In this document: positions 9,262 through 16,917 of the stretch, in pieces
Position numbering within the stretch: the first letter of the stretch is position 1
Layout: each line of letters starts with the position of its first letter
Source of the DNA: a virus
Lineage: Duplodnaviria; Caudoviricetes
DNA: 53,280 nucleotides
Virus record (IMG/VR): IMGVR_UViG_3300042549_001343
Coordinates: 1 to 53,280 of that record
Strand: one strand, 5' to 3'
Translations under genes and position numbers: made by a program
The notes under the pieces: model-generated
Told to the model about the DNA's origin: nothing
Databases searched by the model: none
What the model saw: only the letters and a program-made list of their open reading frames with translations

Positions 9262-10146
9262 TCATCGAATACGACCCTCGACTGATGCTGATGCAATATC
9301 AGCTTCAATGGCAACTGCGTCTGCATCTGTGATAGTTCCTCGTCTCACCCTGTCGTAGAAAATTGTGATTTCTGCGCGAGTCCAAATCTTCTTCGATTGC
9401 GGTGTTGAAGGAGCTTGGTTTGTCGGTGGGACAATTTGCTGTTCCATTGATGCGGCGCTTTGTGCCGCCCACGATTGTGATGTCTTCTTAAACGTGTTGA
9501 AGAATTTCGCAGCACGAACTGGATCACGTTGCTGTTCTGCTTTGCCGAGAAGCGACTGTCTGGTTTCTCCTGTAAGGTCATCAACACCATCGAGCCAATT
9601 TAAAAAATTGGTGTCAGCGTTAAGGGCCTCCCAGTCGGGAACCATTTCGGTCAGTGATCTGAAGAAGCTGTCTTGAACAACGTGTGACTGAACAGATTTA
9701 ACTGAGTCAATTTCGGATTTGAGTTTTGCGATCATCGCATCCTTTGAGGCCAGTTCTTCTCTGGCAACTCGACGGGCTACGTCAATCAAACCCTCACCAT
9801 ATTGCTCAATCTCCTCTGGCTTCACCAGTAGTTCAGGAGGTTTGGCGTTCTTCATCTCTTCGAGTTGATCCTCTAGAGATTGAAGGCGGCCCTTCAAATC
9901 TTTATTCTCGTGTGCAAAGCGAGGAACTTCAGCGTTGTACTTCCCTTGTAAAACCTTGAATCGGTGTTCCCAGCTTTCCTCTTGAGGAGGAGGCGGAGAG
10001 TCAATAGTAGGTTGGGGAGTTGGAGGGTCTTGCGATTCAACCGGAGGTTGAGGCATTTGCTCCATCTGGCCTTGCTTCTCTATCTCTTGCAAAATTTCAT
10101 CTGCTCGCTTTTCAGCGGCGATTACTGCACGTGGTAATGTCGACAT
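9262..10146 (-). CDS. Capsid scaffolding protein
   Basis: WEHRFKVLQGKYNAEVPR, coiled coil, VPDWEALN, ends EGRIR; RBS GGAG at ATG 10146. Confidence 0.8.
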   Translation of the reverse strand: MSTLPRAVIAAEKRADEILQEIEKQGQMEQMPQPPVESQDPPTPQPTIDSPPPPQEESWEHRFKVLQGKYNAEVPRFAHENKDLKGRLQSLEDQLEEMKNAKPPELLVKPEEIEQYGEGLIDVARRVAREELASKDAMIAKLKSEIDSVKSVQSHVVQDSFFRSLTEMVPDWEALNADTNFLNWLDGVDDLTGETRQSLLGKAEQQRDPVRAAKFFNTFKKTSQSWAAQSAASMEQQIVPPTNQAPSTPQSKKIWTRAEITIFYDRVRRGTITDADAVAIEADIASASVEGRIR

Positions 10147-10149
10147 CTT

Positions 10150-10279
10150 TTCTCCGTGAGCCGAGACAGTCACATTCGAGTCTTGCGGTATTCGAGTGAT
10201 TTGTTCGGTGTTCAACGGTTGCTGGGAAGGCCAGCACCTGTTGCAGCAAAATGCTGCTAGACAGTCTTTCGACTATCTA
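10150..10279 (-). promoter_or_regulatory. Structured leader upstream of scaffold/capsid genes
   Basis: Consecutive hairpins (TAGATAGTC-GAAA-GACTGTCTA, GCAGCA-TTT-TGCTGC, GGTGCTGG..CCAGCAACC) then a nested GAACACC..GAATACC..GACTC..GGCTC stem ending at the RBS. Confidence 0.6.
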
Positions 10280-10510
10280 CCGCAACTTTCGGATAACCTC
10301 TTCGGCATCCTTTGATTTTTCTAAAAACTCACTCACAGCCTGCGCCGCTCCTTGCTGCCAACGACAGAGGACTTCGTCCTTTGTACTGGCGCTGTCACGA
10401 TACAGGTCTTGTAGTGAGGCCTCCATCCATTGAAGGATGGTCTCAAACTGGTTGTTGCCCTTGAGTGATGCAAGGGCGTTTAGAACTTGTACTGATGGCT
10501 TCTGAAGCAT
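10277..10510 (-). CDS. Conserved small head-region protein (Bbp19-like)
   Basis: 77 aa with WQQGAAQAV motif, between portal and scaffold. Confidence 0.7.
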   Translation of the reverse strand: MLQKPSVQVLNALASLKGNNQFETILQWMEASLQDLYRDSASTKDEVLCRWQQGAAQAVSEFLEKSKDAEEVIRKLR

Positions 10511-11502
10511 TACTTCTTTGCTTCTTTGCGTTCACGCTCTCGGCGCTGCATTGGTGTCTCGAAGTTACTAAAGTAATTCGACACAGCGTCCGCACCCTTT
10601 TGGAGAGTTGTCTTCATATCAGTTTTTGGTCTATTGTCTTTTGGGACAGGTGGTGATTTCATTGTGTCAGAGAACATGGCGGTCGAACTTGACAGAGGCT
10701 GCATGTTTCCTGCCCTGCGTTTTGCTACGTCTTCAGAGAATGATTTAGCCACATTCGAAGAAGACGGAGAAGCAGCGGCTGATGCAGAGTTGGCATTTGT
10801 ATTAGCCTGCTTCTTTTTATTTTCGGCGGCTTTCTTTTCGGCGGCTTTTTTGGCGGCGGCAGCTTTTCTGGCAGCGGCGGCAGCGGCGGCAGCGGCAGCG
10901 TCATTTGACGAAGCGGCATTTGACGAAGCAGCGGCGGCAGGAGCGGCAGGCAGGTCTTGCACGGCGGCTCTTGGTTTGGTGACCGCCTCAACGACAGCAG
11001 CTTTGTATGTTGGCTCTTCTGCTTTTACTTCTGCTTTTACTTCTGCTTTTGGCTCTGCCTTCTTCTCAAAATCCATTCCGCCCGACATAGCATTTTTCTT
11101 CGCAACATCAGAGTCTTTCATACCTGAATCGCCAGTGATGTTTGACGGAGAAGACTCAGCTTGCTTGTCACGAGTGAAGAATGAGCGAACAGATTCAACA
11201 GCAGATTTGAGGCGGTTCAAGTTTTCTTCTCCTGCCTTCATGCGGCGGTCGTAGCTGCCGGGATCAACCACACCAGAGCGAAGATTGGTATCTCCAATCT
11301 CGTCAGCAGAGCGAGTGCGAACAGAGCCGCCGTCAGCAAACTTGCGAACAACAGGCTTTGGTGCTTGAGGCATGTTGTTGTTTGCTTGAGAAATCTTTGA
11401 GTGAAGGGTGGACATGCCAACCTTCAGCTTCGGATTCATAGTTGAGGGAGAAGCGGGTGAGCTAGTCTTGGCGTAGCTCTTGTTTTGCCAATCTGGTTTC
11501 AT
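10510..11502 (-). CDS. Ala/Lys-rich low-complexity protein (putative internal virion protein)
   Basis: FADGGSV motif, KAEV repeats, poly-Ala tract. Confidence 0.75.
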   Translation of the reverse strand: MKPDWQNKSYAKTSSPASPSTMNPKLKVGMSTLHSKISQANNNMPQAPKPVVRKFADGGSVRTRSADEIGDTNLRSGVVDPGSYDRRMKAGEENLNRLKSAVESVRSFFTRDKQAESSPSNITGDSGMKDSDVAKKNAMSGGMDFEKKAEPKAEVKAEVKAEEPTYKAAVVEAVTKPRAAVQDLPAAPAAAASSNAASSNDAAAAAAAAAARKAAAAKKAAEKKAAENKKKQANTNANSASAAASPSSSNVAKSFSEDVAKRRAGNMQPLSSSTAMFSDTMKSPPVPKDNRPKTDMKTTLQKGADAVSNYFSNFETPMQRRERERKEAKK

Positions 11503-11582
11503 TTCTTTTCCTTCAACTTGTTGATCTGCTCCATGACCTTAGCGATCAAGGCCTTGGCTCGCTCAACGATCTGGGCAATCAT
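11499..11582 (-). CDS. 27-aa micropeptide MIAQIVERAKALIAKVMEQINKLKEKK
   Basis: Exactly fills the gap with ATGA overlaps at both ends; not in the ORF track. Confidence 0.6.
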   Translation of the reverse strand: MIAQIVERAKALIAKVMEQINKLKEKK

Positions 11583-11800
11583 TTTCCGGCCTTCATGCAC
11601 TTGCCCATAGCAGCGCACTTCTTGGGGGCTGGGCAACCGGCGCATGGCTTGAATGCCTTGCCGCCATCCGCCATCTTCATGCTTTTGGCTGAAGCCATCA
11701 TCATTTTCTTGGGGGCTTTTTTGGCTGCGTCTTTCATAACTTTGCCGCCATCTTTGTAGCCTGCGGGGATCATTCCTTTTTTGGCAGTTTTGTTCATCAT
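11579..11800 (-). CDS. Small Lys/Met-rich basic protein with CxxC...C...C tail
   Basis: YKDGGKV and MADGGKA motifs; coupled to the portal gene. Confidence 0.75.
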   Translation of the reverse strand: MMNKTAKKGMIPAGYKDGGKVMKDAAKKAPKKMMMASAKSMKMADGGKAFKPCAGCPAPKKCAAMGKCMKAGK

Positions 11801-13821
11801 GCTGATACTCCTTGTTGAGGTTGAACGGTATTCATAGCAGGAGGCGCTTGGTCTCCGGCTGGGTTTGTTGCTTCGGGTGCTGCAATCTGTTGTTGTGGCA
11901 TTGTGGCTTGTAGTTGCTGCATTGCCATTTCGATCTGTTCTTTTTTGAACTTCATCATCTCTGTCGACGGAACCAATCTGTCGGTGTCCATCTGGAGACC
12001 CATTGCAGTTTCCCGCAACAGATAAGCAGCACCTTCAGGCCCAACGATTTGCAGGGCGATCTGGTTGCTCAAGACCAAGTTCAAGAACTCGTTGCGACGG
12101 ACTTGGATCTGCTCTTTGGCGATCAAGCCCATTGCTCCCTTAGCTACAACCTTGAAGTCACCCTTGATGAAAGGGTCTGGGTTGTAGATCATGTTGTGAA
12201 CGTAGAAGCGGGTGACCACCATCGTGACCACGTCGTCAATGGTTCCGACAGATGTCTTGATTCCCTTGGCGGCATTGTCCATCAGCATGGATAAACCAGA
12301 AGCTGTTCGGCCAGCACCACTTGCACCAGAGCCAGAGCCGTAGATGTAGTTAGGGATACCCGTTACTTCGTCCGCTTGTTTGGCAAACTGGTTGTAGATG
12401 CCCATCAGTTCAGCGGCCTTCATGTCAGGCATGAAGAAGCGAACCCCGGGCTGACCACCACCTGTCTTGTCGGATGTGGTTTGCCAGATCTTCCAAGGAT
12501 ACATCTGGGTAACGTCTTCGCCGTCGGCCAATCTGTCCACGGCCACTTCAACCTGTGGGCCAGATCCGATGCCCATGTTGTTCGCCAAAGAACGTGCGGC
12601 CGCATTGCACATGATCTGCACATCGCGCATGTTCTCGGGGAGGGCTGTGCCCCAGAATGCACCGGGGATAGATCTCCATGAGGCGATCTCGTATGGACGC
12701 TCGCCCAGTGGATCTGGGTTGATGACGGCCTTGATGGTGAAGCTGGCAACTTGCCAAGCATTGATTTCGTAGACCTTGTTGGGATCTATGTCCTTCATTC
12801 CCCACTGGATCAGGAGATCTCCCATCACTGGCCCCCAGAACTCCAATGCTTCGATCAGGTGATCGTTGTGCATTTGAGAATTGGTCTTGCCTTCTAGGTC
12901 ATCTCTCTGTTGGTCGCCGTACTCGTTGTATCGGTAGCCAGCTTTTCCGTAGCGGATAAGGACTTGGTCGATCTCGTCGTCGGAGTATCCGGGTATACCC
13001 TTCATGGATTCCAAGGTAGAGGCCGACAGGCGGTGTCTCTGGATCAGGAAGCCGTCATCCACGCCCATTGAGTTGGCGCTTGGGAAGATGTCGTAAGGGG
13101 AAACCCGAGATACCTCACGAACCATGTCTGTTACGACGATGGGCGTGAAGTCTGGCCCCCACTGGAGATTCTTCTTGCGGCGAACGCTTGGCCCCTTGAG
13201 GATAGCGGTCGGGAAGGTGACGAAGTCGTCGATGAAGTCCTGCATGGCAGGTTTGAACTTACCCTTGTCCAGTTGGTCTTGGATGACCTTGGACATTCTT
13301 TCTGCTGTGGCCTTGGCTTCTTCCTTGACTCGCAAAGAAATCATGTCTTGCACTTCGGCCAGACGCTTGCGGAATGTCTCTGGGTGGAGTTGCTGACCGG
13401 CCATCACGTAGTCTTCAGCTTCTGTGCGGACTAGGTCGATGATGGACATGCGAACTTCTGGCGGGATCTGTGGTTCTTGTGAGGGAACGAGATCGAAAGG
13501 ACGGTCTGCTTGAAGCATCACGTCCTGAATCCAAGACTTGGCAGCGGCGCACTTCACGTCTGTCAGCATCATGTAGATGTCTGAGCCACCAGTGTTGGAG
13601 ATGTCGATGGCTTTATCAGGATCGTATTCACCACGGCGCTGGCGCTCACACTTGAGCAGTCGCTCAGTGATGTCCTGCTTTGCCATCTTTGCTTGAGTCC
13701 AGCAGGAATTGATGTGCCCAGAGATGCCCATTGCGATCAGGTCGGAGTTATCCACGCCTTGTGCTTGGACGGCGCTGATGTCTGCTTCGACTGGCGCTGC
13801 TGCCTGATACACCTGTGTCAT
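11797..13821 (-). CDS. Portal (head-tail connector) protein
   Basis: 674 aa directly after terL; RVSPYDIFP, SGPQV, ADEVTGIP, RTASGLSMLM motifs. Confidence 0.9.
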   Translation of the reverse strand: MTQVYQAAAPVEADISAVQAQGVDNSDLIAMGISGHINSCWTQAKMAKQDITERLLKCERQRRGEYDPDKAIDISNTGGSDIYMMLTDVKCAAAKSWIQDVMLQADRPFDLVPSQEPQIPPEVRMSIIDLVRTEAEDYVMAGQQLHPETFRKRLAEVQDMISLRVKEEAKATAERMSKVIQDQLDKGKFKPAMQDFIDDFVTFPTAILKGPSVRRKKNLQWGPDFTPIVVTDMVREVSRVSPYDIFPSANSMGVDDGFLIQRHRLSASTLESMKGIPGYSDDEIDQVLIRYGKAGYRYNEYGDQQRDDLEGKTNSQMHNDHLIEALEFWGPVMGDLLIQWGMKDIDPNKVYEINAWQVASFTIKAVINPDPLGERPYEIASWRSIPGAFWGTALPENMRDVQIMCNAAARSLANNMGIGSGPQVEVAVDRLADGEDVTQMYPWKIWQTTSDKTGGGQPGVRFFMPDMKAAELMGIYNQFAKQADEVTGIPNYIYGSGSGASGAGRTASGLSMLMDNAAKGIKTSVGTIDDVVTMVVTRFYVHNMIYNPDPFIKGDFKVVAKGAMGLIAKEQIQVRRNEFLNLVLSNQIALQIVGPEGAAYLLRETAMGLQMDTDRLVPSTEMMKFKKEQIEMAMQQLQATMPQQQIAAPEATNPAGDQAPPAMNTVQPQQGVSA

Positions 13822-13831
13822 GGTTTATTCC

Positions 13832-15268
13832 TCATGTCCATGCTTTGCTGGACGCTTTTTTAACTGGTCGTGCCCTCACCTCTACTCTGCCGCTTCGTGC
13901 TGCTAAACAGAGGTACTGGAGTGCATCGTGGGGATGGCTGTATTTGTCTTTGACTGGTCTGTCGCGGTATCTTTCACCAGCAACCTTGAGTCGTTCGTAC
14001 CTGAACCCGCCGAGGAAACCTTTGCGTAGTTGTCGGCAGTTCGGTGAGAGAAGGAACCCCGCTTCTCCCCCAGCCAACTTGTTGAGGAAGTACGCAACAG
14101 ATTCTCTGCGTGGTATGAAATCATTTGTGCTTGCTGGCTCGCTTGCAATTCCGGCCTCTAGTAGTTCTTGGTAGCAGGTTCTCTCATCTGCTTGAGATCT
14201 GTGTGTACCGGCTGGGTCGCCAGCGGAGATGAACCTCATTCCTGAGTAGGTTGTCATCAGGGCTGGTTTCACAATCTCCTGAGCAAACTGTCTGATGCCC
14301 ATGTCTTCGGCCACGAATTCTTCAAGGATGACAAGCTGTCCTCTTGAAGTTATCTGTCCAACAATGCAAGCAGGTGTGAGTCCGAAGTCCCATCCGAGGT
14401 AGAGAGGCAGTCCTCTATTGACTTCAAGCTCTTCTTCGGCGGTGTGGATTCTGTCGTTGTATTCTGGGTAGACCGGCTTGCCATCGGCGGTTGTTCCGTA
14501 CTGGCCGAGGACGAAGACTTTGATCCAGTCGTCCGTCTTGCCTTTGACCATCTTCAGGTAATACTCATACCCTTGAGGAAGATTGAACACATTCTCCGCT
14601 TCTGAATTCGGCTCATACCGGACATCATCGCCCTCTTGGATACGAAGGAGACCACCCGGTTGGTTAAAGAATTCCCATCCTTCGGGGGTGTCTTCTTCTG
14701 CAATTTTGTAATACCAGTGATCGTCGTCAGGCGGGTTGGTATCAAGGATAACGCATGGATGTACGGGGCCGCCGCCGTGAGTCTTCGCGGGGTAACGACC
14801 GATACGCTGAGTGACCATGTTGAAGACTTCATGCGGAACCTCTGAGGCTTCATTGATCCAAGCTCCAGTAAGTTCGAGGGATCTCAGCTTTCCGGTTTCG
14901 GATGCCTTGTCCAGCGCGATGAAGATAACTTCCAAGTCCAGCCCGTTGCCGTCTCCACAATCTTTGATCTTCATGTGGGCGGTGATTGGGGCATCCCACT
15001 TGATCGGGGCAAGTTCATCATTGAACCATGTTTGCCAAGTCTTGATCGTGGTGGACTTGAGTTCGGGATAGGTATTCCGAATGACCGCCCATCTTGCTTT
15101 TCTCCAGCCATTGTGGGGAGTTTGCTTGAGGGAGTGCTTGACGATCTCCATACAACAGGTTGAGGATTTTCCAGAACCTACTGGCCCTTTGATTCCTCGG
15201 ACATCAGCCATTGAGTTGTGGAACTCAGCGGCCACTTGTCCCGGCGGGTTGTATTGGATGACGGTCAT
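13832..15268 (-). CDS. terL: Terminase large subunit
   Basis: Walker A GPVGSGKS, RNTYPEL, AWINEA Walker B, DTNPP, GWDFGLTPA nuclease, HPHDALQY. Confidence 0.95.
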   Translation of the reverse strand: MTVIQYNPPGQVAAEFHNSMADVRGIKGPVGSGKSSTCCMEIVKHSLKQTPHNGWRKARWAVIRNTYPELKSTTIKTWQTWFNDELAPIKWDAPITAHMKIKDCGDGNGLDLEVIFIALDKASETGKLRSLELTGAWINEASEVPHEVFNMVTQRIGRYPAKTHGGGPVHPCVILDTNPPDDDHWYYKIAEEDTPEGWEFFNQPGGLLRIQEGDDVRYEPNSEAENVFNLPQGYEYYLKMVKGKTDDWIKVFVLGQYGTTADGKPVYPEYNDRIHTAEEELEVNRGLPLYLGWDFGLTPACIVGQITSRGQLVILEEFVAEDMGIRQFAQEIVKPALMTTYSGMRFISAGDPAGTHRSQADERTCYQELLEAGIASEPASTNDFIPRRESVAYFLNKLAGGEAGFLLSPNCRQLRKGFLGGFRYERLKVAGERYRDRPVKDKYSHPHDALQYLCLAARSGRVEVRARPVKKASSKAWT

Positions 15269-15546
15269 TCAGGCTTTACAAAATTTGAACCAATCAAGAA
15301 TGTAACATTCTTTGCATCCGTCTCATGCTTGACAGAAGCCAAGTTCGGCAGGGTTTTGTCCAGCAACATTTCAATTGCTTTGATCCGAGCCGCAGTCAAC
15401 TTGGCAGTCCCCTTGCCCAAAGCAAAGTTTTCCAATGTGGTAACCAAGCTCGACACTTGAATTTTTTCTCGGACAGCAACGGCGTGTTCTTCCCGAAGCT
15501 GCTCCCGACGGGCGCTTACTGCCTCAGTAGATTTCTTTGTTGCCAT
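15265..15546 (-). CDS. terS: Terminase small subunit
   Basis: Directly upstream of terL; RIKAIEMLLDKTLPNL motif; RBS GAGG. Confidence 0.8.
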   Translation of the reverse strand: MATKKSTEAVSARREQLREEHAVAVREKIQVSSLVTTLENFALGKGTAKLTAARIKAIEMLLDKTLPNLASVKHETDAKNVTFLIGSNFVKPE

Positions 15547-15563
15547 TGTTTCCTCTTGTAGTT

Positions 15564-15715
15564 GTTGGCTAATCGCTACGTCTATGGGTCATCCCCGCAG
15601 GTACGCCGACAGCATCCGCTTTCACCAACACGGCTGGAGACTGGTCGCTTCGATCTCAAGGCTTGTACTTCGCCCAGATACCAATCTCCATACGTCTTGA
15701 GATGGTTTGACCATC
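15564..15715 (-). ncRNA. c4/CI-like structured RNA with two stem-loop units in the late leader
   Basis: 11-bp stem TGGAGATTGGT/ACCAGTCTCCA; second unit GTTGGTGAAAGCGGATGCTGTC...GACGTAGCGATTAGCCAAC resembles c4-type phage antisense RNA motifs (recalled, not searched). Confidence 0.55.
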
Positions 15716-15772
15716 ATTGGCAGGGAATATACCCAGTTGATCCGCAATATGCAACACCTTTTCTGGCAATTC

Positions 15773-15881
15773 CTGAATCCAGACCTGATCTCAGACACTC
15801 ATTCCAGTAGAGTGGGTTATTGGGTTTATGGGTTATTGGGTTGCATCCTGTTTTCAGCTCTGATTTCAGAACTGATCTCAG
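15773..15881. repeat. Iteron-like array, copy B: 4x TGGGTT (8-bp period) plus 5x CTGnnnnCAG (12-bp period)
   Basis: TGGGTT at 15813,15821,15829,15837; CTG..CAG boxes at 15773,15785,15848,15860,15872. Confidence 0.85.
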
Positions 15882-16449
15882 AGAAAATGAGTATTTTGTA
15901 GAAAAATTTAGTAGCGGTGTTTGTATAGACCCCGTGGTTTTGGAGACTGGTGTAAGAAAAATGAACTTGTTCTTGTGAGTTACCTATAGCTAGAGGCTCG
16001 GGACGCACGTCACGCACGCACGGGCCACGCCACCCCGTCACCCCTGTAGCACCCGCATCGCACGCCGTGCCCACACAGTCCCTCTGGGACAGAGATCGAC
16101 AGATTTATAGGCTCAGAGACCAATTAAACGGTGATTTAGCCCTCTTTAGAGGGATAGGGGTGCATTGTGTGGTGGATTGATCGGGGTAAATGTACGTATT
16201 TCCTACGGAAACGTGCGTGATTTACTGAAACTTACTTTTTCCCTACCCAAAATCTCAATCATTTCAATGCCTTGCATAATGCACGTGTTGACTATCCCTG
16301 CCTATTTATCCCCTATATGAACTCCTATTGGAGTCGTGTATGGGACGCTGTGCCAAAGGCTTTTCCGGCTCAACCTTCGATTCAACCCCAAAACAACACC
16401 TATTTTCAACTTTTTTACGTAGTAATAGGGGTCGAAATGAAAAAAAGAC

Positions 16450-16479
16450 TTGACACAGCATCAACTTTCTGGTCAACTT
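16450..16479 (+). promoter_or_regulatory. Probable early sigma70 promoter
   Basis: Perfect TTGACA at 16450 preceded by an A-tract; -10 box is weak. Confidence 0.5.
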
Positions 16480-16484
16480 CAAAT

Positions 16485-16900
16485 CGTCAATTCGGCAACA
16501 AACCGAAAGCAGACTCAGTAAGTGCTAAAGCACCGTAGGACAGATAGGCTGTGACCCTTCGTAGAAGGGAGTAAGCAAAATCCTTCGGTGACGCTCCGAA
16601 CAAGTCTCTTGACCCCAACGGCGGGATGTAGCGTCGGACTCCGGAGGAGTTGTAACACGGTGGGAACCGTCAACAACACAGCACCGAAGGGTTGGACTAA
16701 GGCTTTGCCTTACTTCTAGAGGCCTCGACTTCATGCAGGTAGCTTCCCTTAAGGAAGAGGTTGCATCGAGCATCGAGATAAACACAGACTTTAGTCTGTC
16801 AACACTCACAGAGTTTCAACGGTATGGCAGTCTCTGACTGCTATGCACTGGACGCTCTGTCCTGTCTTTAGAGGCTCTGCCTCTATTTCGCAACTCACCG
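16485..16900 (+). ncRNA. Large multi-branch structured RNA / early leader
   Basis: Nested long-range helices 16570-79/16704-14 and 16580-90/16682-92 plus many local hairpins; no convincing ORF. Confidence 0.65.
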
Positions 16901-16917
16901 CATTCGAAAGGAATCCC

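Noticed and set aside
10634-11254. 206-aa plus-strand ORF and similar antisense ORFs (e.g. 16806-17429, 38990-39607)
   Set aside because: Shadow frames of well-supported genes on the opposite strand
15773-15881. CRISPR or TIGR-type array
   Set aside because: Units are 6-10 bp with 2-nt spacers, and no Cas or Nop-domain protein was recognised; iterons fit better
15562-16809. ORFs listed in the intergenic region (15562, 15707, 15826, 16272, 16525)
   Set aside because: No RBS, no coupling, no recognisable motifs; they overlap repeats and RNA structures
16485-16900. tRNA, tmRNA or hammerhead ribozyme
   Set aside because: No T-loop GTTCRA with acceptor stem/CCA, and no CUGANGA...GAAA core found by eye
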